NCBI GenBank assembly: GCA_004292675.1
Contig: RDXO01000015.1
Location: 9,115 to 73,114 of the forward strand
Reading direction: 5' to 3'
DNA: 64,000 nucleotides
From: Alphaproteobacteria bacterium
GTDB lineage: Bacteria; Pseudomonadota; Alphaproteobacteria; Rickettsiales; UBA998
The position numbers were made by a program, and so were the translations under genes. The notes beneath the pieces are model-generated. The model ran no database searches. It had not been told where the DNA came from and worked only from the letters and a program-made list of their open reading frames with translations. Below, in pieces: positions 30,669 through 41,300 of this stretch (the stretch's first letter is position 1; every line of letters begins with the position of its first letter).

Positions 30669-31226
30669 ATGCCAACATTAGAAGAAGTTCGCGCACAAAT
30701 TAACAACCTGCCACCTGAACTACGTTATGTGTTTTATACCAAGCGTGAAATTGCCTGTTTACCTGATTTGATGGTGGATGGTGAATATATCCGCGCTGCC
30801 GTATCGGGCTATGTGGGCAAGAAAACCGTGCTTGTGGCATGTACCAATAAGCGTTTATTATTTATCAATAAAGGGATGATTCTTGGGATGAATCAGTGGC
30901 AAATATCCCTTGATCGCATTCAATCAATGGATGGCAGTTATATTATCTTATTCGGTAACATTAAAGTATGGGATGGTGCAGCCGCAACCTTAGTCACCAT
31001 GGTATTGGCAAGCCGTATTGATCCGTTCATCAAAGAAGTACGCCGTGCGATTGATGATTACAAACATCTCACCTATCAAGAAGCTGCCGCCGTTGCCTCC
31101 GCCCATGTTCGCCCGCAGGCAGTCGATGTTGCCTCACAGATTGAACGATTAGTGCAGCTCATGAACGCAGGACACATCACGCAAGAAGAATTTCAAGCCC
31201 AAAAAGCCCGCATTTTGAATGGATAA
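30669..31226 (+). CDS. bacterial PH-domain protein with a C-terminal SHOCT domain
   Basis: YokE-like PH pattern (GEYIRAAVSGY ... LLFINKG) and a C-terminal IERLVQLMNAGHITQEEFQAQKARIL that fits SHOCT. Confidence 0.6.
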   Translation: MPTLEEVRAQINNLPPELRYVFYTKREIACLPDLMVDGEYIRAAVSGYVGKKTVLVACTNKRLLFINKGMILGMNQWQISLDRIQSMDGSYIILFGNIKVWDGAAATLVTMVLASRIDPFIKEVRRAIDDYKHLTYQEAAAVASAHVRPQAVDVASQIERLVQLMNAGHITQEEFQAQKARILNG

Positions 31227-31305
31227 ATATATAGACACACATAAGAAATTGTGCTAGAATTAAGCCTTACCCTTATCTAAAGCAACATTTGTTGCTAACC
31301 ACTCT

Positions 31306-31662
31306 ATGAAACGCACCAATCTGATTGATGCCATGCTATCCGATCTTGTACTAAGAACCGAAGAGATAAACACTGTTGCAAAAACTGTTGCTTCTGCGAG
31401 CAAATGTTTTACGGAAGATGACAATGCCGAAACATGCATTGATCTTTTAACAGACGTGTATTGGGAGATTCTTGTCGATCCCACTTTGTGTCAATTTTCA
31501 CTGCCCCATATCGCACTTACATGTGCGTTGCTTTGCGAATTTGATGGTTCGCACTATTTCAAGCGTCTTTGGGCGAAACGCGCCAAAGCACACTTTAATC
31601 GAGTAAAATCGTTCAATACCCATCACATGGAGCTATTGAGTTCGATGCTCGCAAACAACTAA
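31306..31662 (+). CDS. hypothetical protein
   Basis: 118-aa ORF, preferred over the overlapping antisense 74-aa ORF. No family recognised. Confidence 0.4.
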   Translation: MKRTNLIDAMLSDLVLRTEEINTVAKTVASASKCFTEDDNAETCIDLLTDVYWEILVDPTLCQFSLPHIALTCALLCEFDGSHYFKRLWAKRAKAHFNRVKSFNTHHMELLSSMLANN

Positions 31663-31809
31663 AGCTGCTTTGTCATGCGTATCTTTATGATACGTATGAC
31701 AAACGCACCTTGCGCACCGCGCATTATTTCACCTTGTTTGTATTTCACGTTGTTGATGTGTATTTTTAGGCTTGTATTATGTGCATTATGCGCTAATATA
31801 AAGCCCCTT

Positions 31810-33015
31810 ATGAAACCACTGCATCAACCTCATATTCTCCTTATCATAAGTGGCTCTATTGCAGCCTATAAATCTTTGGATATGATACGCTTATGGCGTG
31901 CGCAAGGTGCTATCGTGCGTTGCGTCTTAACGCAGGCGGGTGCGCAATTTGTCACCCCCTTAAGCCTTGCCGCACTTAGTGAACAGCCTGTTTATGAGGC
32001 TATGTTTTCCTTAAAAGATGAAACCGAAATGGGGCATATTCGTCTTGCCCGTGAAGCAGATGTGATCGTCTTTGCCCCTGCTAGTGCGGATCGCCTTGCA
32101 CGCATGGCAACAGGATATGCCGATGATTTAGCAGGGGCGATCTATCTTGCAGCGGGCAATTCTATTCCCATATGCGTTGCACCTGCCATGAATCCGCATA
32201 TGTGGCATCATCCTGCCACGCAGCGCAATCTTGCTCAGATTCGTAGTGATGGCATACATATCATCGCACCCACAAATGGCGTGATGGCGTGTGGTGAAGA
32301 AGGTATTGGGCGATTAGCCGAACCGCAAGCAATCACGCAGCGCGTCCTCGCATTAGCAAAATATCCCACCCAACCCTTAGCAGGAACACGGTTTATTGTG
32401 ACGGCAGGGGCAACCCATGAAATGCTTGACCCAGTGCGGTTTATCTCGAATCATTCTTCAGGCAAACAAGGTATTGCGATTGCCCAAGCTCTATATAATC
32501 GTGGTGCGGAAGTTGTGTTATTACATGGGCGTGTCGATATTCCCCTCCCCTATGGCATTACCTGCCACCATACACCTACTAACGCCTCTATGCTCCTCGC
32601 GGCACACGAAGCCCTGCCCGCCGATGGATTCATTGCCGTTGCTGCCGTTGCCGATTGGAAGCACGCGCAACCGCTTGAACATAAGATGAAAAAAGCAAGC
32701 ACGCAGGATGGTTGGCATCTTCACCTTACCCCAACTGATGATATTTTAGCAACCATCGCACAGCACCCTACAAAGCGTCCTCGCCTTGTGATTGGATTTG
32801 CAGCAGAAACTCAGCATCTTCTCGAACATGCCCATGCAAAACGCCTCAGTAAACAATGCGATTGGATCATCGCTAATAATGTTTCAGGGGGCGCGATATT
32901 TAATGAAGATACCACCAAAGTACATATCCTTGATGCGCATGGTACGGAAAGCTGGGAATCATGCAGCAAAGAAGAAGTCGCTCATCGTCTTGCTGATCGC
33001 ATAGTTCATTTTTAA
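31810..33015 (+). CDS. coaBC: bifunctional phosphopantothenoylcysteine decarboxylase / phosphopantothenate--cysteine ligase
   Basis: ILLIISGSIAAYK flavoprotein motif followed by a CoaB domain. I trimmed the start to MKPLHQPH; the track ORF carries a hydrophobic upstream extension. Confidence 0.9.
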   Translation: MKPLHQPHILLIISGSIAAYKSLDMIRLWRAQGAIVRCVLTQAGAQFVTPLSLAALSEQPVYEAMFSLKDETEMGHIRLAREADVIVFAPASADRLARMATGYADDLAGAIYLAAGNSIPICVAPAMNPHMWHHPATQRNLAQIRSDGIHIIAPTNGVMACGEEGIGRLAEPQAITQRVLALAKYPTQPLAGTRFIVTAGATHEMLDPVRFISNHSSGKQGIAIAQALYNRGAEVVLLHGRVDIPLPYGITCHHTPTNASMLLAAHEALPADGFIAVAAVADWKHAQPLEHKMKKASTQDGWHLHLTPTDDILATIAQHPTKRPRLVIGFAAETQHLLEHAHAKRLSKQCDWIIANNVSGGAIFNEDTTKVHILDAHGTESWESCSKEEVAHRLADRIVHF

Positions 33016-33024
33016 GGAGATAAT

Positions 33025-33480
33025 ATGATTCACGTTGCCATCACTCAACTTCCCCACGCACACAATCTTCCACTCCCTGCATATGCCACCGAGCATAGTG
33101 CGGGGATGGATTTGCTTGCAGCGATTGCGCAGCCTCTTACCTTGCAGCATGGTGAACGTGCGCTTATACCCACAGGCATCGCCATTGCACTGCCCGAAGG
33201 ATATGAAGCACAAGTGCGCCCACGATCAGGGCTTGCACTAAAAAACGGCATTACCACCCTCAATAGCCCCGGCACGATTGATGCAGATTATCGCGGTGAA
33301 ATTGGTGTGATTCTTATTAATCATGGCAAAGACAGTGTCCTCATCGAACGCGGTATGCGTATTGCACAAATGGTGATTGCACGTTATAGCCGTGTGGAAT
33401 GGCAACAGGTGGACGCACTCGATGCCACAGCACGTGGCACAGGTGGCTTTGGTTCAACGGGCATAAAGAATATACCTTAA
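33025..33480 (+). CDS. dut: dUTP diphosphatase
   Basis: RSGLALK and [11 protein letters not shown] motifs. Confidence 0.93.
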   Translation: MIHVAITQLPHAHNLPLPAYATEHSAGMDLLAAIAQPLTLQHGERALIPTGIAIALPEGYEAQVRPRSGLALKNGITTLNSPGTIDADYRGEIGVILINHGKDSVLIERGMRIAQMVIARYSRVEWQQVDALDATARGTGGFGSTGIKNIP

Positions 33481-33494
33481 GGAGCGCAGCATCG

Positions 33495-33962
33495 ATGTTA
33501 GGTATTTCCCATAAATTATACGTCCTTGTGGAAGCATTGATTTTCATTGCCTATAATGGTGATGCACACCCATTGGGTGGCAAGAAACTCGCAACCATTT
33601 TGCATGTTGCGCCACGTTATCTTGAACCTTTGCTGCAAGCCTTAGTGCGCGCACAGATTTTACGAAGCACTCGCGGCCCACGAGGTGGCTATACCTTGGC
33701 ACGCGAACGTCGTCAAATCAGCCTTGATGAAGTACTCTTAGCCATGGATTACATACGCTCCGATCGCGATACCCCCGCACGTTTTTCTTATGCTAATGAA
33801 ACCTTAGTGCAACCACTCTTTGCTCATGCTCGAGGTGCATATATTCATGAACTCGGGCGTTATACCTTGGAAGATATTTGTGCGATGGTGCAAGAAGCGG
33901 ATTTGAAATCCACCTTTTTGGTGCAGGATCATGAGATGGTACGTTATGATTTTTCTATTTAA
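33495..33962 (+). CDS. Rrf2-family transcriptional regulator
   Basis: Start at MLGISHKLYVLVEAL. Has the wHTH signature and RGPRGGYTLAR. The track ORF start overlaps dut. Confidence 0.75.
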   Translation: MLGISHKLYVLVEALIFIAYNGDAHPLGGKKLATILHVAPRYLEPLLQALVRAQILRSTRGPRGGYTLARERRQISLDEVLLAMDYIRSDRDTPARFSYANETLVQPLFAHARGAYIHELGRYTLEDICAMVQEADLKSTFLVQDHEMVRYDFSI

Positions 33963-33986
33963 TTCACTCCTTGGCATATAATTTTC

Positions 33987-34709
33987 ATGGTCAACCTCCT
34001 TTTTATTGTTACTTCTCACGGCGAACTTGGTATACATGAGGATGATGCGGGACTCTTTCTTGCAGAACTTTCCGTTCCCTACATGATTTTTGCACGTGCA
34101 GGTTTTTCGCTTGATATTGCCTCTCCGAAAGGAGGCGTGATCCCGATTGATCCGACACCGTGTACGGTATGCGATGTTGATCCTATGATGTTTGATGCAG
34201 CCGTGCAACGCTTCTGCGCAAGTAAGGGAGCAATGAAGCGATTACATGATTCTATACCGCTCGCAAAGGTGCAACGCACGCAGTATGATGGTATGGTGCT
34301 GGTTGGAGGATATGGCGCATTGTGGGATTTTTCGCATAATAGTTTTCTTGCCTTGATCATTTCGCATATGCTGAATGAGGGGCGTATGGTTGCTGCATTA
34401 TCACATGGAACAGCGGCGTTAATGGATGTGCGTGCTACTGATGGCTCATACGCACTGAAAGGACGCACCGTATGCGCACCTACCTTTGAAGAAGAAGAAA
34501 TCCGCCAACGTGTCAGCAAAATACCCTATGTGCTGGAACATCAAATGAAAGACCTTGGTGCAACCCATTGCAAAGCCCCCGCCTTTTCACCGCTCGCACT
34601 CGCCGATCACAACCTCATTACAGGACAAAATACCGCATCTGCTGCGCATCTTGCTCAGCTTATTCTGGATTATTTTCACATCACATCACTGCAAGGGAGC
34701 AGTTTATGA
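33987..34709 (+). CDS. DJ-1/PfpI (class I glutamine amidotransferase-like) family protein
   Basis: Family pattern: LFIVTSH ... ELSVPY ... ASPKGG ... YDGMVLVGGYG ... LITGQN. The position expected to hold the nucleophile reads ALSHG, with Ser in place of Cys. Confidence 0.7.
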   Translation: MVNLLFIVTSHGELGIHEDDAGLFLAELSVPYMIFARAGFSLDIASPKGGVIPIDPTPCTVCDVDPMMFDAAVQRFCASKGAMKRLHDSIPLAKVQRTQYDGMVLVGGYGALWDFSHNSFLALIISHMLNEGRMVAALSHGTAALMDVRATDGSYALKGRTVCAPTFEEEEIRQRVSKIPYVLEHQMKDLGATHCKAPAFSPLALADHNLITGQNTASAAHLAQLILDYFHITSLQGSSL

Positions 34710-35671
34710 CATCATCACACAATGAAACAGCTCTAGGTGGGCGCATCTATGATAATATCACCCAAACGATTGGCAATACACCGCTGGTGCGTTTGAACCG
34801 ATTGGCGCAGCAACATCATGCTAAGGCAACCATCCTTGCAAAATTGGAGTTCTTCAATCCGCTTTCTTCCATAAAAGATCGTATCGCCCTTTCGATGATT
34901 GAGGAGGCTGAAGCCTCAGGGAAGTTGAAGAAAAATACCGTTATTGTTGAACCAACATCGGGCAATACGGGCATTGCACTTGCTTTTGTCTGTGCCTCAA
35001 GGGGCTACAAACTCATTTTGACGATGCCTGAAAGCATGTCACTTGAGCGTCGTAAGATGTTGAAGTTTCTTGGTGCATCGCTGGAACTTACCCCCGCTGC
35101 CAAGGGGATGCGTGGCGCGATTGAAAAAGCAAGTGAGATTGTAGAGAATAACCCCAACGCCATTATGCTGCAACAATTCCAAAACCCCGCCAATCCTGCA
35201 GCACATATTCGTTCTACCGCCCAAGAAATCTGGCGCGATACGGGAGGTGTTGTTGATGGTTTTATCAGTGGTGTGGGAACAGGTGGCACGATTACAGGCG
35301 TGGGTACATTCTTAAAACAGCATAATCCGAAAGTAAAAATCTTTGCCGTTGAGCCTGAAGATAGCCCCGTTTTGTCGGGTGGTGTTGCGGGTGCGCATAA
35401 AATACAAGGGATTGGTGCAGGATTTATCCCCGATGTGTTGGATAGAACCATGATTGATGAAATTATGCGTATCAGCAATCAAGAAGCTTTTGATATTGCG
35501 CGTAGTGCTGCGATATTGGAAGGCATCCCTGCGGGTATTTCTTCAGGCGCGACTCTCGCTGCTGCACTCCACATTGCCGCACGCAAAGACATGGCAGGAA
35601 AAACATTGGTCGTCATTGTCGCTTCTATTGCAGAACGCTACATCTCCACGGATTTATTCGCACCGTTCTAA
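34706..35671 (+). CDS. cysK: cysteine synthase A (O-acetylserine sulfhydrylase)
   Basis: IGNTPLVRLN and EPTSGNTGIALA PLP-enzyme motifs. The start at MTSSHNE forms an ATGA overlap with the upstream stop. Confidence 0.92.
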   Translation: MTSSHNETALGGRIYDNITQTIGNTPLVRLNRLAQQHHAKATILAKLEFFNPLSSIKDRIALSMIEEAEASGKLKKNTVIVEPTSGNTGIALAFVCASRGYKLILTMPESMSLERRKMLKFLGASLELTPAAKGMRGAIEKASEIVENNPNAIMLQQFQNPANPAAHIRSTAQEIWRDTGGVVDGFISGVGTGGTITGVGTFLKQHNPKVKIFAVEPEDSPVLSGGVAGAHKIQGIGAGFIPDVLDRTMIDEIMRISNQEAFDIARSAAILEGIPAGISSGATLAAALHIAARKDMAGKTLVVIVASIAERYISTDLFAPF

Positions 35672-35674
35672 CCT

Positions 35675-36463
35675 ATGCCCCTTACCCACGATCAAGAACG
35701 ACGTTATGCGCGTCACCTCATCATGCCACAGATTGGACGCGCTGGGCAAGAGCGTTTGCTTGCATCTCGCGTACTCGTCATTGGTGCGGGGGGGCTTGGC
35801 TCTCCCGTACTCACCTACCTAGCTGCCTGTGGCGTGGGTACATTGGGGGTGATGGATGATGATGTGGTGGAACGTTCCAACTTAAGCCGTCAGATTTTGC
35901 ATGAAACGGCGGATATTGGGCGCGCTAAAGTGTTCAGTGCCGAAGATCGCATCACCGAACTTAATCCAGATTGTATAGTACATCCCTATAAACGTATCTT
36001 TGATGCACATGCAGCAGATGAACTCTTACCGCATTATGATTTAGTGATCGACGGCACAGACAATTTTGCGACACGCTATATCATTAATCATGCCTGTTGC
36101 CACCATCAGATGCCATGGATACATGGTGCGGTGCGTGGTATGGAAGGATACATTACACATTTCAACCCTGCTCACTCAGATACACCCTGCTACCAATGCT
36201 TTGTGCCTCAACCTCCACATGAACATGAAAATGATTGTCAAACACGCGGTGTTCTTGGGGCAGTCGTTGGGGTGATTGGCACGATGATGGCGGTCGAAGC
36301 AATCAAAATATTACTACATCTCAATCCTCATGAGATTGGAATCTTGCACCGCTATGATGGGCTATCGGGCATATGGAAGCGTAGCCATATCGTGCGTGAT
36401 CCTGAATGCATGGAATGTGGTACTCACTCCACCGTCACAGATTTTGCCAAATTACGCGGTTGA
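35675..36463 (+). CDS. HesA/MoeB/ThiF-family adenylyltransferase (MoeB-like)
   Basis: RYARHLIMPQIG ... VIGAGGLGSP nucleotide-binding motif and two CxxC pairs (CYQC, CMEC). Confidence 0.8.
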   Translation: MPLTHDQERRYARHLIMPQIGRAGQERLLASRVLVIGAGGLGSPVLTYLAACGVGTLGVMDDDVVERSNLSRQILHETADIGRAKVFSAEDRITELNPDCIVHPYKRIFDAHAADELLPHYDLVIDGTDNFATRYIINHACCHHQMPWIHGAVRGMEGYITHFNPAHSDTPCYQCFVPQPPHEHENDCQTRGVLGAVVGVIGTMMAVEAIKILLHLNPHEIGILHRYDGLSGIWKRSHIVRDPECMECGTHSTVTDFAKLRG

Positions 36464-38250
36464 TCAATATCCGCCCCCTTATGCAAGGCGACATAATAAG
36501 AAAGTAATTGCAACGGCACAGCATAAAGAATCGGCGCAACAAATGGATGACACGCTGGCACAGCCACACTATGCGTCACATTACCATGAAAATTTGCGAC
36601 ACGCTCCTTGCTGCTGATCAGCACAATATTGCCTTTGCGTGCTGCGGTTTCCTCAAGATTCGATGCGGATTTATCAAATAAATCATCATCGGGTGCAATA
36701 ACAATGATTGGAACGCCATCATCCACCAACGCAATCGGTCCATGCTTAAGTTCCCCTGCAGCATAACCTTCCGCATGAATATAAGAAAGCTCTTTCATTT
36801 TCAAAGCCCCTTCATTGGCAAGCGGATAACTCGTGCCACGCCCAATAAACAGCATATCACGGGCATACATCAACGCTAACGCCAAGCGATCATAGTGCAT
36901 TTTCTCATCCAGCACCTGCTGCGTTTGTTCAGCAACTCCAGAGAGATGATGCATTAAATGCGCTGTTTCCTCCGATGAAAGCGTGGATCGCGCTCCCCCA
37001 AAGCACAAGACTAACGCCGCTAATGTTGTTAGTTGCGCAACAAATGCCTTGGTTGATGCCACCCCAATTTCCGCCCCTGCTAGGGTGCGAATCACACTAT
37101 CCGCTTCACGCGCCATGGTACTTGTCGGTACATTCACCAACGCAATCGTATGTGCGCCATGCTCTTTGGCATAACGCATAGCTGCAAGCGTATCTGCGGT
37201 TTCCCCTGATTGCGAGATAAATAATGCTGCTGAACCTTTCGGCACAATCGGGTGACGGTAACGATATTCGGAGGCAATATCAATACGCACAGGAATATGG
37301 GTTATTTGTTCAAACCAATAGCTTGCAACTTGCGCTGCATAAAAGGACGTGCCACACGCTACCATCGTGATGGAGGAGATCGTAGTAGGGTCTAATGTTA
37401 AGCCCTCAAAATGCACAGATTGGGTCTCATGATCATAATAATGACTCAGCGTCTTACGGATCACATCAGGTTGCTCATGAATTTCTTTAAGCATGAAATG
37501 TGCAAATCCCTGCTTATCATGAATCTCAGCACCAACATTCATTGATTGCATCGTCACCTGTATCGGTGTGTGATCTGCTGCAAAAAAACGCATATTCGAT
37601 GGTTGCAAAATCGCATATTCCCCATCCGCCAGATAATAACCTTGCGTTGCATATCCTGCCAATGCCAGCATATCCGAACCTACCCAACATTCCTGCGCAT
37701 CGTTCGTTCCCACGACCATCGGTGAACCTTTGCGCGCTACATACAACGTATCAGGTTCATCTTCATGCAGTGCGACAATCGCATAAGCCCCGTGCAATAG
37801 GGGCAACATCATCCCAAATGCTTCCGCAAAGGAAACCCCTTGCGCACAACGATCATGCAGCCATTGGCTCATCACCTCTGTATCTGTATCGCTTAAAAAG
37901 CTCGCACCGCGCTCAATCAGTTCCATTTTTAGCGTGGCGTAATTTTCGATAATGCCATTATGCACCAAGGCAATTTGCCCCACGCGATGGGGATGTGCAT
38001 TGCGCTGCTCTGGTGCGCCATGCGTTGCCCACCGTGTATGCGCAATGCCTGCCGTTCCTTCAATAGGATGATTGACAAGTTCTGCATCAAGCGCACTGAC
38101 TTTGCCCTTTGTTTTGGCAATCGCCATACCCGAAGCACTCAAAACCGCGACCCCTGCAGAATCATAGCCACGATATTCTAACCGCCTCAACCCCTCAATT
38201 AACAAAGGCGTTGCGTTACGTTTTCCAACAAATCCGACGATACCACACAT
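36424..38250 (-). CDS. glmS: glutamine--fructose-6-phosphate aminotransferase
   Basis: MCGIVGFVG N-terminal nucleophile, two SIS domains, and the canonical C-terminus NLAKSVTVE. Confidence 0.96.
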   Translation of the reverse strand: MCGIVGFVGKRNATPLLIEGLRRLEYRGYDSAGVAVLSASGMAIAKTKGKVSALDAELVNHPIEGTAGIAHTRWATHGAPEQRNAHPHRVGQIALVHNGIIENYATLKMELIERGASFLSDTDTEVMSQWLHDRCAQGVSFAEAFGMMLPLLHGAYAIVALHEDEPDTLYVARKGSPMVVGTNDAQECWVGSDMLALAGYATQGYYLADGEYAILQPSNMRFFAADHTPIQVTMQSMNVGAEIHDKQGFAHFMLKEIHEQPDVIRKTLSHYYDHETQSVHFEGLTLDPTTISSITMVACGTSFYAAQVASYWFEQITHIPVRIDIASEYRYRHPIVPKGSAALFISQSGETADTLAAMRYAKEHGAHTIALVNVPTSTMAREADSVIRTLAGAEIGVASTKAFVAQLTTLAALVLCFGGARSTLSSEETAHLMHHLSGVAEQTQQVLDEKMHYDRLALALMYARDMLFIGRGTSYPLANEGALKMKELSYIHAEGYAAGELKHGPIALVDDGVPIIVIAPDDDLFDKSASNLEETAARKGNIVLISSKERVANFHGNVTHSVAVPACHPFVAPILYAVPLQLLSYYVALHKGADIDQPRNLAKSVTVE

Positions 38251-38362
38251 AAGAATTTTTACTCATACCAAAAACAAGGATTATACATCTGAAAGCCAAT
38301 GCATAATGTACAAAGACGCACACCATACAGCCTTTTCACAAAAAATCCAGAAAAACTACAAA

Positions 38363-41300
38363 CTATCGGTTATAATGTGTATGTCGCGCACGCCCGCCTT
38401 GAATCATGATGGCATCAGCAATTTCAGCGGGAGCAATCTCCGCACGAGGATCATTTTGTTGCCTCGAGAGAATTTTTTGAATATGCGAACCAATTTTATC
38501 TTTCTTTTTATTCACTTCATTCACAGCCTCACCAACGACTATTCCCCCGCCCGTCATGGCGATGCCTGCTACAATCGAAGGATCCATGCGCCCTGAACTC
38601 ATGAATGTACCAAACATTTTCGCATAATGCGCCGAAGATTCCTCAGATGATAAGACGGAGACATAATCTTGTTGTGCTAATTGCGCTTTTGGTATTTCAA
38701 ATAAATAATTTGCAGTCTCCTTATCACCACGATCTTTTGCGGCTTGCGCATAATGAAGTAATGTGGTACGTAGGGCTGGAACAAAAGGTTGATCATTAGC
38801 ACGTGCATTGGTCAATGCTTCCCCTACTGCTTTGCCAAATTCCATGCGTGCTTTGTGCGTTGGACGCTGCGTCAACAACGCCCCAAGATCAAAGATATTC
38901 ACCTGCCACCCTGTCATCTCCCCAGCATCATTGCGGATAGGTTGCACTTTCACATTAGCTCCATGACGATCACTATCAAACATTTGTCCCGTACTAAGCC
39001 ATAGATTTTCAACCGTGATGATGGATTTTGCCAATTTTTTAATATCATCGTGTTCTAAGCTCTCATCATTGAGCAATTTTTTGAAGGATACACCTTCTGC
39101 TATGCTTTCAATCTTAAAATCATCGCCATGAGTTTTCCAATCAACCACCTTGAAATGTACGGGCATATCACCAATGGTAACTTTAAGGTCATTATACATT
39201 TTTTGCGCTTTCTGCACCTGCCATTTGCCTATGGAATAATTATGTTCTGTTTTCATCACATCATAGGATCGTTCCAAAAGCCCTTCTGCTAACCGCAATG
39301 CCGTCGTATCATTGCCCATTTGATCATATTTTTGATGCACCGCACCTAATGCACCTTGTAACATCTCTGCTTCAAATTTGGCACGTTCACGCACGGCATC
39401 ATGCAGGCACGTCAAGGCTGATGCTTCGCCTTGATAGGTGACAATCCCCGTAAATTGATTCGATCCTGCGGCAAGCACAGGACCAAAATGGCTAATATCA
39501 TCCCATACTTCAGGAGTAACGCGATTCTCAATCTTATGGAAATATTCCCAACGTGGCATATCGACACTGCGTTCTTTGCTGCTAGACATTCCCGCCCGCA
39601 ATTCATCACTCACATGGGGCATTCCTTCAATCGCTTGCGCGAATTTGACTCCTAATGGTCCAAACGATGATAATATCTGCGTGAGCATTTCCCCCTGTTG
39701 ATGCTCTTCACTGCGCCCTTCGTGCGTGGTTGCCTGCATCGGCTTCGCTAATGCTAAGGCATATCCAAGAATCGCCATCTCATCATAGGCATTGGTGTTA
39801 TGGACATAATGATCCATGAATATTTCCACCTGCATACGGGTTTGTTCATCCAATGATGCAGGGATAATGCGTGCTTTAATAAAATCTCTGATAGAAAGCG
39901 ATGGTTCATCGTCTGCATCTATAGTAGGCATCATGGCATCTGGAGTTCTACCATCAGCAAATAATAATGCCGTTGTGACCAAGCCACGAACTTCTGGTAC
40001 GGTATCCCAAAAAATGGCATTACCCACATTCACCAACGATTCTAAGGCATCGAAATCTATTTCTTTTCCTGTATAGGATGTGATGTATTCTTTAATATCT
40101 CCCCATTCCATCGTATTGGCTTTGTGATAATCTTCAGACAATTCTTTCATTATGGCTATGGTTTGACGTAACGGCGCAACCATTTCACGATACGCAGACA
40201 TGGCATCGTCTCCTGCAAATAGAACGGCAAGATTGATCATATGATCCACTATATCAACCGTCTCTTGTAGGTTCTGCAATCGTTCGGCACGTGCCTCAAA
40301 GTCCGCCATGAAACAATCATGCAATCGGTTTTTAACATCATCCAAAAGCACCGTCCCCGGAGTGGGATGTATCAATAATCCCAGCATCTGCACGCTCGCT
40401 TTAGGATTCGTCACCAGCATCTCTCCTAACCACTCACTGACACCACGTAGATGAACATTATTCTCACGCTCCCCTTGCGCATGATGCTGTAGTTTTTTTT
40501 CCAACATATAGGCATGTTCAGGTTGTGCCTCAGTGAGTGTCGCTAACATGGCGATCATATGAGGGGCAAGCAAGGGTCGTGACACATGCCGCAAGATATC
40601 CTCTGCAATCGATTCCATCTGTGCGCGTAGTTCGTCCTTATCACCGACAGGATGAGCTTCCGTACCAAGTGCCAATGCCACGCCTTCCTTCCAATGCGTA
40701 AGTACGTCACGGACACTATCAGGTTGAACAATGCCGCATGAGGTCAAGGCATAATGCGCCATGCGCCCAGCTAATTGCGGATCATCTTCGGCAACGGCAC
40801 GTATTTCATCCGCGATCGTTCTCTCCCATTGCATCCGCGCATTGACATTATACTGATTTGCGGGCTTCTCCAACCATTCAGAAAATTCGCGCAACACAGA
40901 AGGCACATCCTCCGATGCATCCCATTGCAACACATGTTCTATCGGGTCTTCTTGTGCTTGTTCTATGGATAAACGATTCCTCATCGCTGCTTTTAGAGGG
41001 TCTCTAGTCGCTTCAATCAGACGATCAAACTGCATCCGCGCTGGCACAATAAAGCCGAAATCATCATGAAAGGATAGAGGATGCGCATGTAATGACATAT
41101 CTATGACTTTTGATGCTATCAGTTCGTCTTCGGATCGATAGACATAATCAGTCACCCCAGCATCCTGCGTTGCCTCCCTAAATGCAATGCGCAACTGATT
41201 CGATGCGGCATGTTCTCCTGCTTGTGATAATAATACATCCAAATGATAGGCATAGGATGATGCATCATGCCAAAATCCCATATAGGGAATCTCTGATAAT

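Noticed and set aside
31260-31484. Track ORF 31260-31484 (-), 74 aa.
   Set aside because: It overlaps the longer plus-strand ORF 31306-31662 and has no Shine-Dalgarno sequence or recognisable features. Only one of the two can be real, and neither is strongly supported.
31675-31809. N-terminal extensions of track ORFs: coaBC from 31675, cysK from 34568, murB to 20382, Rrf2 from 33399, thrS to 26939, hisF to 54401, aroB to 45218.
   Set aside because: The extensions overlap upstream genes or encode non-family sequence. Internal starts coincide with family N-termini and with ATGA/GTGA coupling or Shine-Dalgarno sequences.
38251-38362. Possible cis-regulatory RNAs: a glmS ribozyme upstream of glmS, a glycine riboswitch upstream of the AGCS symporter (6322-6423), and a leader upstream of thrS (26892-27166).
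   Set aside because: I could not find the conserved core sequences of these RNA families in the respective leaders. The intergenic regions are short and AT-rich without matching structure.
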